A DNA stretch of 64,000 nt from an uncultured Thermoleophilia bacterium (GCA_963715985.1 CAVQSP010000013.1:224001-288000); one strand, 5' to 3'. Positions 10,688 to 19,676 are shown, numbered from the stretch's first letter. The notes: a model not told the origin generated them from the letters alone. Program-made: numbers and translations.

Positions 10688-10752
10688 ACGGTAGTCGTCG
10701 TGCCGTGAACGTGCCGTGTAGGCGGGGGGGTGCGGCATCAAGAACCTGTGAA
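10688..10752 (-). promoter_or_regulatory. Putative KdpE-box promoter P2
   Basis: TTCACA-N5-TTGATG-N15-TACACG-N5-TTCACG-N10-TACCGT. Confidence 0.75.
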
Positions 10753-10811
10753 GGCGGAAGCCGGTGGAGAGCGGCCGATCCCGGCTCGCGTGGCGCCGGC
10801 GCTCCGGCGCC

Positions 10812-11516
10812 TCAGCCGTCGGACGGTGGCGTGAGGCGGAACCCCACCCCGGGCTCCGTGACGATGTGTCTGGGGCCGCCGGGCGTCTCGATCTTCTTGC
10901 GCAGGTGGCTCACGTGCACGCGCAGCGTCTGCGCGTCCTCCACCCATTCCGGTCCCCAGACCTGCTCCAGGATCATCTTCTGGGTGACCACCAGCCCCGC
11001 GTTGCGGGCCAGGAAGGCGAGGATGTCGAACTCGGTGGGGGTGAGGGAGACGTCGCGCCCGCCCAGTGTGACGTGGCGGCGCGCTATGTCCACGGTCAGG
11101 TCGCCGACGGTGATCTGCGGCGGCGGCGAGGTCAGCGCAGCGGCCCGCCGCAGCAACGCCCGGATGCGCGCCAGCAGCTCGCCCGCCGAGAACGGTTTTG
11201 TGAGGTAGTCGTCGGCGCCCTCGTCGAGCGCCCGGATCTTGTCCGCCTCCGCGGAGTGGACCGACAGGATGAGGATGGGGGCGCTGCACCAGGTGCGCAG
11301 CTCCCGGCAGACCTCGATGCCGCTCATGTCGGGCAACGCCAGGTCGAGGACGACGAGGTCAGGCGGCGTGTCGATGGCGTGCAACAGCGCCTCCTGCCCG
11401 GTCGCGACCAGATCCAGTGCGTAGCCGCGCGTCCTCAGGATCGACGTGAGCGCACGCCGGATCTGCTCCTCGTCGTCCACCACGAGGACGTGCACCGGGC
11501 GTTCCGGGATGCTCAC
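10812..11516 (-). CDS. kdpE: OmpR-family response regulator KdpE
   Basis: VLVVDDE, LDLALPD, GADDYLTKPF, LTPTEF, LRVHVSHLRKKIE, TEPGVGFR; GTG start overlaps the kinase stop. Confidence 0.9.
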   Translation of the reverse strand: MSIPERPVHVLVVDDEEQIRRALTSILRTRGYALDLVATGQEALLHAIDTPPDLVVLDLALPDMSGIEVCRELRTWCSAPILILSVHSAEADKIRALDEGADDYLTKPFSAGELLARIRALLRRAAALTSPPPQITVGDLTVDIARRHVTLGGRDVSLTPTEFDILAFLARNAGLVVTQKMILEQVWGPEWVEDAQTLRVHVSHLRKKIETPGGPRHIVTEPGVGFRLTPPSDG

Positions 11517-13024
11517 GTGGGCTCCTCTCGCGTCCCGTCTGTCGGCAGCGTGATCACGAATCGAGCCCCGTGCGGGACCACATCCTCCACGTGCACCGTG
11601 CCGCCGTGCGCGCGGACGATCTCCCGCGTGATGGCGAGCCCGAGGCCGGTGCCTGAGGGAGCTGCGGCACCGGCTCCGCGGCCGCGGTAGAACTTCTCGA
11701 ACACGGCCTCGTATTCGGCGGCGGCGACGCCCGGTCCTTCGTCCTCTACCCACACTCTCAGGGCGCGATGCGACTCTCGCGCGCCCACCGTGACCGTGGT
11801 GCCGGCTCCGCCGTACAGCATCGCGTTCTCGAGCAGGTTCTGCACGACACGCACCCACTGGCTGTAGTCGACGAGCACCGGATCCAGGTCGTCGGGGATG
11901 TCCAGCTTGACCTTGTCGCGCTGATGGGCGGGGAGGGTGTCGACGCCGGCTGCGACGATGTCACTCAGGTCGTACATCTCGCGCCGTGGCTCCCACGTGT
12001 GCGCCTCGAGCCTCGACAGGTCGAGCAGGGCGCTGATGCTGCTGTTCAGCCGGGTGATATCGCCCACGATCGAGCGCAGCTCGTCGCGCACGCTCTCCTC
12101 GTCCCACTGTACGTCGCTCTCGAGCAGGTTGCTCACTGTGGCCGTGAGCGCCGCCAGCGGCGTCTTGAGCTCGTGCGACACGGAAGAGAGCAGGCTCGAC
12201 TTGAGGCGGTCCGCTTCGCGGCCCGCCTCGGCCCGCGTCGCCTTGGCCTGCAGTTCCTGGCGCTCCAGGAACGCGGAGACGAGGTTGGCCAGGGAGGTCG
12301 CCAGACGCAGGTCGGCCGCCGTGAAGGCGCGGCCACCGGCGGCCGCGCTCACGCTGAGGACGCCGAAGGTCGTCGAGGAGCTCTGGAGCGGGAGGGCGAG
12401 GTCGGGCTCGGCCATGCCTTTGTACGACCCCTGAGGCCCGCCGCCGGCGTACACGCGCTCGGCCTGCTCGACCGTCTTGGCCGGCGGAACGACGTGCGCC
12501 GGCCAAGAGCAGTACGCCCTGAGTTCCCCCTGGTCCGGGAGGAACAGCGTGGCCGACGCCACGCCGAGCTGCTCGACCACCTCGCGGGCCACGGCCTGCG
12601 CCATGGCGGCGGTGGACGTCTGGGACACAAGCTCTGCGCTCACGCGGTTGAGCGTCATCGCTTCGTCCTCCCGCGAGATAGCTCTCGCCTCCCGTTCGCG
12701 CATCCGGCCCGCCATGATGCCGACGATGACGCCGACGATGAGAAAGGCGACGAGCGACAACCAGTCCTTGGGATCCTGGATGGAGAGGGTGTGATACGGC
12801 GGCAGGAAGAAGAAGTTCCAGGAGAAGAAGGCGAGCACGGCCGCCACGACGGCCGGTCCGGCGCCTGCGGCGCTTGCCACCAGCAGGATCACGAGCAGGT
12901 ACAGGAGCGCCCACTGCTCTTTGGCGAACATCTCTCGCCCGGGGAGGAAGATGAGAGTGGAGACAACGACAGCGAGGACCCCGACGATGTAACCGCGACT
13001 GGCGAGGCGCCTGACCCGGTTCAT
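11513..13024 (-). CDS. kdpD: Sensor histidine kinase, KdpD C-terminal part (DUF4118 TM region, GAF, HisKA, HATPase)
   Basis: WNFFFLPPYHTL, SVSHELKTPL, NLLENA, EDEGPG, FEKFYR, GTGLGL; lacks the KdpD N-terminal domain. Confidence 0.88.
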   Translation of the reverse strand: MNRVRRLASRGYIVGVLAVVVSTLIFLPGREMFAKEQWALLYLLVILLVASAAGAGPAVVAAVLAFFSWNFFFLPPYHTLSIQDPKDWLSLVAFLIVGVIVGIMAGRMREREARAISREDEAMTLNRVSAELVSQTSTAAMAQAVAREVVEQLGVASATLFLPDQGELRAYCSWPAHVVPPAKTVEQAERVYAGGGPQGSYKGMAEPDLALPLQSSSTTFGVLSVSAAAGGRAFTAADLRLATSLANLVSAFLERQELQAKATRAEAGREADRLKSSLLSSVSHELKTPLAALTATVSNLLESDVQWDEESVRDELRSIVGDITRLNSSISALLDLSRLEAHTWEPRREMYDLSDIVAAGVDTLPAHQRDKVKLDIPDDLDPVLVDYSQWVRVVQNLLENAMLYGGAGTTVTVGARESHRALRVWVEDEGPGVAAAEYEAVFEKFYRGRGAGAAAPSGTGLGLAITREIVRAHGGTVHVEDVVPHGARFVITLPTDGTREEPT

Positions 13025-13204
13025 CGTCGACTCCTCCTGGCGGGGTTTCCGTCGCCGCGGGAGGCATCAGTCCTCACGGGCGCGGTAGTCTGTTCGCAAC
13101 AGACAGTAGCACTGCCCGGTGGGAATCGTCGTCATCATGAGGGCGAGCGCGCAGCCGAACCGGGCGCGACTCGTGGTACGCCATCGGTCCCGTCGGTCGT
13201 GGTG

Positions 13205-13456
13205 TCAGGGGTGGTGCTGGAGCGAGTGAGAGGGAGCCGCGGCCGGCGCCGGAGTGCGCATGATCATCGCGTGCGCCGGTTCGGGGACAGAGGCGCGCCG
13301 CGCGGCACGCTCACGACGATAGTCGTCCAGGAACGCCAGTTCTTCGCGGTGCTCCCACCAGACCAGGGCTATGAAGTAGGCGATCAAGGCCACCCCGCCC
13401 ACACCGGCGATGATGGCCGCGAGCTCGATCACGACCTCTGCGATTCCTGCGACCAT
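13205..13456 (-). CDS. Small single-TM protein, paralog A, 83 aa
   Basis: MVAGIAEVVIELAAIIAGVGGVALIAYFIALVWWEH...RRERAARR; GGAG RBS; follows promoter P1. Confidence 0.72.
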   Translation of the reverse strand: MVAGIAEVVIELAAIIAGVGGVALIAYFIALVWWEHREELAFLDDYRRERAARRASVPEPAHAMIMRTPAPAAAPSHSLQHHP

Positions 13457-13508
13457 CGTCTGCTCCCGAGTCCTCCGGCATGGCCCGCGGCACGCGGAGC
13501 CTGACCAA

Positions 13509-13573
13509 GACGTACCCGGGCGGTCATAAAGGACGTGTGAACTGTGCCTACTGCCGTCTAAAGATTCCATAAA
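13509..13573 (-). promoter_or_regulatory. Putative KdpE-box promoter P1
   Basis: TTTATG-N5-TTTAGA-N15-TTCACA-N5-TTTATG-N10-TACGTC. Confidence 0.75.
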
Positions 13574-13678
13574 GAGGTCGCTGTCCGACGCGCGGCAGGC
13601 GAAGCCGGGCCCGTGACGCGCAGGCACGGTCTGGATGAGAAGGACACAGGGCAGATGGCCGTCGGAAGGAGGAGAAGG

Positions 13679-13754
13679 TGGTGCCCCCAACGGAATTCGA
13701 ATCCGTGCCGCCGGCTTGAAAGGCCGGTGTCCTAGGCCGCTAGACGATGGGGGC
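13679..13754 (-). tRNA. tRNA-Glu(TTC)
   Basis: 76-nt cloverleaf, GCCCCCA/TGGGGGC acceptor stem, anticodon loop CTTTCAA, TTCGAAT, encoded CCA; TATACT -10 upstream. Confidence 0.97.
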
Positions 13755-13865
13755 ACGATGACGCGCCTCGGGGAGTATACCCGACGACCGCGGCGCGACG
13801 TTCGCGCGAGGCCGCGCGTCCGGTAGGCTTGCGGGCGAGGTCGCAGCAGCCGGCGGGAGGTGGGC

Positions 13866-15174
13866 ATGGAGTATCCGTTCGTCATCGACGGTGCGGCCGG
13901 GAGGGACGTCGTGCTCCCGGCCATGCACGAAGTGCGCCAGCAGTTCGACGTCCTGCCGGAGGTCGACGCCAGGGCGGAACTGGCGGAGGAGTGGCCGCGC
14001 GCGGCGGAGCAGCTGGCGCGGCTCAGGCCCGGGGCGAGCATCGCCGTCGCCGTGGGCAGCCGCGGGATCACCGGGATCGCGGACATCGTGCGCGACGTCG
14101 TCGCCCGCCTCCGCGCCGCAGGCTGCGAGCCCTTCATCGTCCCCGCCATGGGCTCGCACGGCGGCGCCACCGCCGAAGGCCAGACCGGGGTGCTCGCCAG
14201 CCTGGGTGTCACCGAGGAGGTCGTGGGCGCGCCCGTGCACGCCACCATGGAGGTCGTCTCGCTGGGCGAGGCCGACGGCATCCCGCTGTACCTCGACCGC
14301 TTCGCCTGGGAGGCCGACGGTATCGTCCTCATCAATCGTGTGAAGCCGCACACCGACTTCCACGGTCATGTCGAGAGCGGCCTCATGAAGATGATCGTCA
14401 TCGGCCTTGGCAAGCAGGCCGGCGCCGAACACTACCATCGCCTCAGCGTGGTGCGCGGCCTCGCCGACACCGTGCCCGTGGCCGCGCGGGCGCTGCTCGA
14501 GCGCGCCAACGTGGTGTTCGGCGTCGCGCTCGTCGAGAACGAGGAGCATCGCACGGCCGCAGTGCGCGTCGTGCCGCCGGAGGAGATCGAGGAAGCGGAG
14601 AGCGTCCTGCTCGATCTGGCGCGGTGGCACCTGCCCGACCTGCCCGTCGACGACATCGACCTGCTGATCCTCGACGAGATGGGCAAGGAGATCAGCGGCA
14701 ACGGCCTGGACCCGAACGTGACCGGCCGCAACGTCACACCGTGGGCCGCGCACCCGCCGCGCCCGCGCGTCTCGCGCATCTTCGTGCGCCAGCTCACCGA
14801 GGCCTCGCACGGCAACGCCTGCGGCCTCGCCTGCGTGGACGCCGTCCCGGCGCGCTTTCTGGAACGCTTCGACTACCGGGCGACGCTGATGAACGGCTTC
14901 ACGTCGGCGGCGCCGGAGGACGGCAAGATGCCGATGGTCTTCGCCGCCGACCGCGACGCCGTCACCACCCTGCTCACGGTGATCCGCCCCACCACGCCCG
15001 AGGACGTGCGCGTGGTGTACGCGCGCAACACGCTGGAGGTGGCGCGCCTCTGGGTGTCGGCCGGCTGCCTGCCGGTGCTGCGGGAGCAGCCGGCCTGCAC
15101 GGTGGACGACGCGCCGCGGGCGCTGCAGTTCGACGCGGCCGGCGGCCTTGATCTCGCCCTTCGTGAGCGCCTGA
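13866..15174 (+). CDS. Lactate racemase (LarA/DUF2088) domain protein; probable frameshift near the C-terminus
   Basis: IAVAVGSRGI, PAMGSHGGATAEGQ, NRVKPHTDF, ESGLMKM, GKEISGNGLDPNV; alternative frame ends ...LISPFVSA* at 15174 (ORF track runs to 15425). Confidence 0.8.
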
Positions 15175-15282
15175 CGACGCCGCGCGGGGGAGCTGCGCGG
15201 AAGCGTACGCGTAGCGGCGGGCGGAAGCCCTGTGGCTTCCGCCCGCCGTGCACGGCTCGTGGTCCGTTCGGCTATCCGCGGC

Positions 15283-15552
15283 TCACACGACGGGGCGACC
15301 GAAGCTTGCGGCCGCCCGGTCCGGGGCCGTCCCACGCGGTGTGGAGACGGCGTCACCGAGACCGCGCACCACTTCCATCACACCGAACCACGGGGCGTGG
15401 TCGTTGGCTGCCTTGCGCATCGTGATCACCGCTCTTCCGTTCGTCGCCGGCGGCTCGGACGCGCCTCGCGCACGAGGCGAGCACGATCCGCGGTCCGCTG
15501 CAGCTCCGTCGATCTGCTGCTTGACCAGATCCCAGGCCATGAACCCGTACAT
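15283..15552 (-). CDS. Hypothetical protein, 89 aa
   Basis: ORF with a GGAAGG RBS downstream of a consensus promoter. Confidence 0.5.
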   Translation of the reverse strand: MYGFMAWDLVKQQIDGAAADRGSCSPRARGASEPPATNGRAVITMRKAANDHAPWFGVMEVVRGLGDAVSTPRGTAPDRAAASFGRPVV

Positions 15553-15602
15553 CTGCGCTCACTTCCTTCCAGCCCGGCCTGCCTCTCTCGGCACCGTTGC
15601 GA

Positions 15603-15668
15603 AACCTGTGAAACTTATTATACCGGTTATCAGGTAACTAGTCAAACAGGTTTGCCGGTTGGTATAGT
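15603..15668. promoter_or_regulatory. Divergent promoters with two candidate operators
   Basis: Minus strand TTGACT-N17-TATAAT (15645-15617); plus strand TATAGT at 15663; AACC-N18-GGTT and AACT-N17-GGTT. Confidence 0.65.
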
Positions 15669-15695
15669 GAGGTGAGTCGACGAGGAAGGCCACCG

Positions 15696-16266
15696 ATGCC
15701 GGCACAGTCAAAGGAAGCACCAGGGGATCTGGCTGCTCGTGCGCGGGTTCGTGAACACCCTGGACATCGATCTGGGGAAGGAGACGCTCGACACGCCGGA
15801 GAATCTGGCCGCGTGGCTGCGGCAGGCCGGGCTGCTGGCGAGAGAAGGATCGACGGGCGCCGAGGCTCTGGAGCGCTCGCTTGCGCTCCGCGAAGCTCTG
15901 CGCGAGCTGTTGCTCAGCAACAACGACGGCCATCCGCCCGAGCCGTCCGCCGCGGTGGCCCTCGACGAGGTCGCCGCTCGTGCCGGCCTGCGGCTGCGCG
16001 CGGGCGCGGACGGCCACACGTGGCTGGAGGCGCAGGCGCCGGGAGTGGACGGCGCTCTGGGACGCCTGATGGTGATCGTCCACGAATCCATGGCGGCCGG
16101 TACGTGGGCGCGGCTCAAGGCCTGCCGCAACGACACGTGCCGGTGGGCATTCTACGACCACTCCAAGAACCACTCCGGACACTGGTGCACGATGTCGGTG
16201 TGCGGCAACCGGCAGAAGGTCCGCGGGTACCGCGAACGGAACAGGGCCGGCGCGTCGCGGGCTTGA
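15696..16266 (+). CDS. CGNR zinc finger/ABATE domain putative regulator; frameshift near 15730
   Basis: FVNT, RLKAC...C.WAFYDHSKN...WCTMSVCGNRQKV. Confidence 0.9.
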
Positions 16267-16295
16267 GACGCGCGGCCGGCCGCGGCAAGGTCGGG

Positions 16296-16371
16296 TGGTG
16301 GGCCGCACAGGGATCGAACCTGTGACCTTGGGATTAAAAGTCCCCTGCTCTACCAACTGAGCTAGCGGCCC
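16296..16371 (-). tRNA. tRNA-Lys(TTT)
   Basis: 76-nt cloverleaf, GGGCCGC/GCGGCCC acceptor stem, anticodon loop CTTTTAA, TTCGATC, CCA; TACAAT -10 upstream. Confidence 0.97.
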
Positions 16372-16599
16372 GGGAGCGCGATTGTACCACCGCCGGCACG
16401 GGGGTCGTGACCGCACGAGCCAGGCCCTGGGGCGGCCCTCCGCCCGACCCTCATGGTGCGTCGCACGGTGAGGTCGAGGCCGGACCGGCCGCCGCCGATC
16501 CCGCCCTTCGAGCGCACATCCCTGACCTTGAAGGAGAGCCTGAAGAAAGCCGGCCGCCAAACCCCTTGCATTGCCGGATCGGGGGCGTAGAATGCGCCT

Positions 16600-16695
16600 A
16601 CCCTAAGTCGTGAAGGTTCGCTGGATCGGCAACGGGGCGTTCGGGTGAGAGGCCCGAAAGAGCCGCCGGCCGCGAGGTCTGGCGGCTCTTTTGTT
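16600..16695 (+). ncRNA. Candidate small RNA or short-peptide transcript
   Basis: TTGCAT-N16-TAGAAT (16566-16593), about 60 nt of sequence, then an intrinsic terminator; no long ORF. Confidence 0.4.
16657..16695. terminator. Intrinsic terminator, possibly bidirectional
   Basis: AAAGAGCCGCC...GGCGGCTCTTT stem with T-runs on both strands. Confidence 0.8.
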
Positions 16696-16747
16696 GCGCA
16701 GCCTGCCCTTCCGCGAGGGCACGGCGGCGCCGCCTTCTCGTCGCCCT

Positions 16748-17915
16748 TCAGCCCTCCCACTCGCTGCGAAGCAGCGCGAACTGCACCTGGTCGTCGCGCG
16801 CCGGAGCCTCCACGCCCGGGGCCGGCTCGAAGCGGCCCTCGCGGCCCTTGCCGGGCTCCGCCTCGAGGAATCCGCGGAGCAAGCCCTCGCGGCGAAAGCC
16901 GAGCTTCTCGGCGAGGGCCTGGGAGGCGAAGTTGCCCGGGTACGTGAGGATCTCGAGGCGCTCTACGCCCTGCTCCTCGAAGGCCCAGCGCACGACGAGG
17001 CGCAGCGCCGCCTCCGCGATGCCCCGGCGCCTCGCCTCCTTCTTGACCCAGTAACCGATCTCGGCGGCCTCGCGCTCGGGGAACAGGTCGAGGCTGATGC
17101 TGCCGAGGAGCTCGTCGGTCTGGGCGGCGGCGATGGCCAGGCGCGCACGCTCGCCGGCGGTGAGACGGCGCCAGGAGTCGGCGATGAACCCCTCGGCGTC
17201 GGCCCGCGAGTACTCCAGGGGCACGTGGTAGATCCAGTGCGTGATGTCCGCGTCCGAGCAGGCGGCCCGGACGGCCCCCGCGTCGTCGGCCGTGAACGGC
17301 CGGACGACGATGCGGCCGTCCTCCAGGCGCGGCTCCCCCAGCGGTCCAAACCGGTTCTCGCGGATCTGTCGCGACCATGCCGAAGAGCACGTCGTCCGTG
17401 CGGCGGTCGCGCGCCGTGAGGTAGCCGCGCATCACGCCTTCGCGGCGAAAGCCGGCCGCTTGCGCCACGCGCTGGGAGCCGATGTTGTCGACGTCCGTGG
17501 TCAGCTCGAGACGCTCCAGCTCGAGCACGTCGAAGGCCCAGTCGCGCACCAGACGCACGGCGGCGCTCATCACGCCGCGCCCGCGCGCCCACGGCGCGCA
17601 CCAGTAGCCGATCTCGGCGGCCTGGCGTACGGCCACCACTTCAAGGGAGATCATCGCCAGCAGGGCGTCGTCCTCGGCTCTCACCACAGCCCAGCTGGCG
17701 ACGAGCTCGCGCTCCCAGTAGTGCTCGTTGTACGCGAGGAACTCCATGAAGTCGCTCTCGTCGTACGGGAAGGGCACGCGGTAGCAGAAGCGCGCCACGA
17801 GGCCGTCGTTGCAGGCCTTGACCACAGAAGCCTTGTCCGCCGCCTTGAGGCGGCGCAGGCGGATGAGGCCGTCGCTCAGCTCCGGCGGGTGGGAGATGTC
17901 GCCGAGGTCCTTCAC
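16748..17915 (-). CDS. Tandem two-domain RimJ/RimL-type GNAT acetyltransferase; frameshift near 17345
   Basis: Two homologous domains: AEIGYW...ARGRG...N.GSQRVA..AGF.REG and AEIGYW...ARRRG...N.ASQALAEKLGF.REG. Confidence 0.82.
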
Positions 17916-17943
17916 GCCGCCCCCAGACGACTGCAGGCCGCCG

Positions 17944-19491
17944 TCAGTGCAGGAAGTGGCGGCGGCCCGTGAACACCATGGCCGCGCCGCGCTCGTCGCA
18001 GGCGGCCACGGCCGTCTCGTCGCCCTTGGAGCCGCCCGGTTGCATGAAGGCGGTGACTCCGTTGTCGATGGCCAGCTCCACGGCATCCGGGAACGGGAAG
18101 AACGCGTCCGAGCCCACCACGGCGCCCTGGAGATCGGTGCGCGCCTTCTCGACGGCGATGCGGGTGGCGTCCACGCGGCTCATCTGGCCGGCGCCGACGC
18201 CCACGGTCGCGAGGTTGCGGGCCAGCACGATGGCGTTGCTCTTGACGTGCTTGGCGACGCGGAAGGCGAAGATGAGGTCGCCCCACTCCTGCTCGGTGGG
18301 GTGCCGCTTGGTGGCGACCTCCATCTCGTCCCGCTCCTCCTGGTCGCTGTCCTTGTCCTGCACCAGGATGCCGCCGATGACGCGCTTGTAGTCGAACTCG
18401 CCGGGATTCAGCTGCCGGCGCTCCTCGTTGCGGAGGATGCGGATGTCCTGCTTCTTGCGGAGGATCTCGAGCGCCTCCTCCTCGTACCCGGGCGCGAAGA
18501 GCACCTCGACGAAGAGCTCGCTGAGCCGCTCCGCAAGCGGTACGTCCACAGCACGGTTCACGGCGATGACCGATCCGAAGGCGCTCACCGGATCGCAGGC
18601 GAAGGCCTTGTCGTAGGCGGCGGCAAGGTTCTCGGCCAGGGCACAGCCGCACGGGTTGTTGTGCTTGATGATGGTGACGCAGGGCAGCGTGAACTCCTCG
18701 CAGATGTTGCGCGCCGCGTTGAGGTCGTACAGATTGTTGAAGCCGAGCTGCTTGCCGTGCAGCTGCTCCACCTGCGAGAGCAGGTGCTGGCGCATGCCCA
18801 CCTCGGCGTAGTAGGCGGCGCGCTGGTGCGGGTTCTCGCCGTACTTGAGCTCGAGGATCTTCTCGTAGTCGCGCATCACGTACTCGGGGAAGTCGCCGTC
18901 GGCCTCGCTGAACCAGTTGGCGATGACGAAGTCGTAGTGGGCGGTGCGGTGGAAGGCCTTGGTGGCGAGGTCGCGAAGCGTCTCGTAGGCGAGCTCGCCG
19001 CCGTTGTCCCTGAGCTCCTTGAGCAGCCTGTCGTAGTCCTTGTGGCTGGTGACCACGGCCACGCCGGCGTGGTTCTTGGCGGCGGCGCGGATCATGCTGG
19101 GGCCGCCGATGTCGATGTTCTCGATGACGACCTCGTCCTCCACGCCGCGCCGGTTCGCGACCTCCTCGAAGGGATAGAGGCTGCAGACCACCATGTCGAT
19201 GGGCTCGATGCCGTGCGCCTTGATGGTCTCCATGTGCTCGGGCACGTCGCGGCGCGCGAGGATGCCGCCCATGAGCTTGGGGTGCATGGTCTTGACGCGG
19301 CCGTCGAGCATCTCGGGGAAGCCGGTGACCTCCTCGACGAGTGTGACGGGGATGCCTGAATCCTTGAGCAGCTTGGCCGTGCCGCCGGTGGAGATGAGCT
19401 GTACGCCCATGTCCGAGAGGCCCTTGGCGAACGACTCGAGACCGCTCTTGTTGAACACGGAGATGAGGGCTCGCTGGACTTTCACGGACAC
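17944..19491 (-). CDS. purH: Bifunctional AICAR transformylase/IMP cyclohydrolase
   Basis: RALISV, STGGT, GRVKTMHP, IDIGGPSM, YGENPHQ, KHNNPCG, SDAFFPF, GRRHFLH. Confidence 0.98.
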   Translation of the reverse strand: MSVKVQRALISVFNKSGLESFAKGLSDMGVQLISTGGTAKLLKDSGIPVTLVEEVTGFPEMLDGRVKTMHPKLMGGILARRDVPEHMETIKAHGIEPIDMVVCSLYPFEEVANRRGVEDEVVIENIDIGGPSMIRAAAKNHAGVAVVTSHKDYDRLLKELRDNGGELAYETLRDLATKAFHRTAHYDFVIANWFSEADGDFPEYVMRDYEKILELKYGENPHQRAAYYAEVGMRQHLLSQVEQLHGKQLGFNNLYDLNAARNICEEFTLPCVTIIKHNNPCGCALAENLAAAYDKAFACDPVSAFGSVIAVNRAVDVPLAERLSELFVEVLFAPGYEEEALEILRKKQDIRILRNEERRQLNPGEFDYKRVIGGILVQDKDSDQEERDEMEVATKRHPTEQEWGDLIFAFRVAKHVKSNAIVLARNLATVGVGAGQMSRVDATRIAVEKARTDLQGAVVGSDAFFPFPDAVELAIDNGVTAFMQPGGSKGDETAVAACDERGAAMVFTGRRHFLH

Positions 19492-19676
19492 GCTCCTTCG
19501 GACGGAGTACCCCTGGGTGCCGGCCCACCCTGCCGGCCGCGGCCCGTGTACGCGGGCTCCCTCGCCGCAAGCCTACAAGAAAGGCGACACACGAGGAATA
19601 GGCCGCGGCGTCGGCCCCCCCGGCCCGTGCCCGGAGGAGACCGGCGTAGTCTTGGCGCTCGCCGCGTGCCGACGAC

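Noticed and set aside
13025-13204. Possible c-di-AMP (ydaO) or fluoride riboswitch upstream of kdpD
   Set aside because: Short hairpins are present but the conserved riboswitch cores were not found
13205-14353. 382-aa minus-strand ORF spanning tRNA-Glu
   Set aside because: It overlaps a tRNA and is antisense to the LarA-like gene; only the last 83 codons look like a real gene
16520-16548. TTCAGG...TTCAAG repeat as a fifth KdpE box
   Set aside because: The period is 12 rather than 11, and there is no second pair or correctly placed -10
19492-19676. ZTP riboswitch upstream of purH
   Set aside because: The GACTGGCG and CGCCTGGG elements are absent
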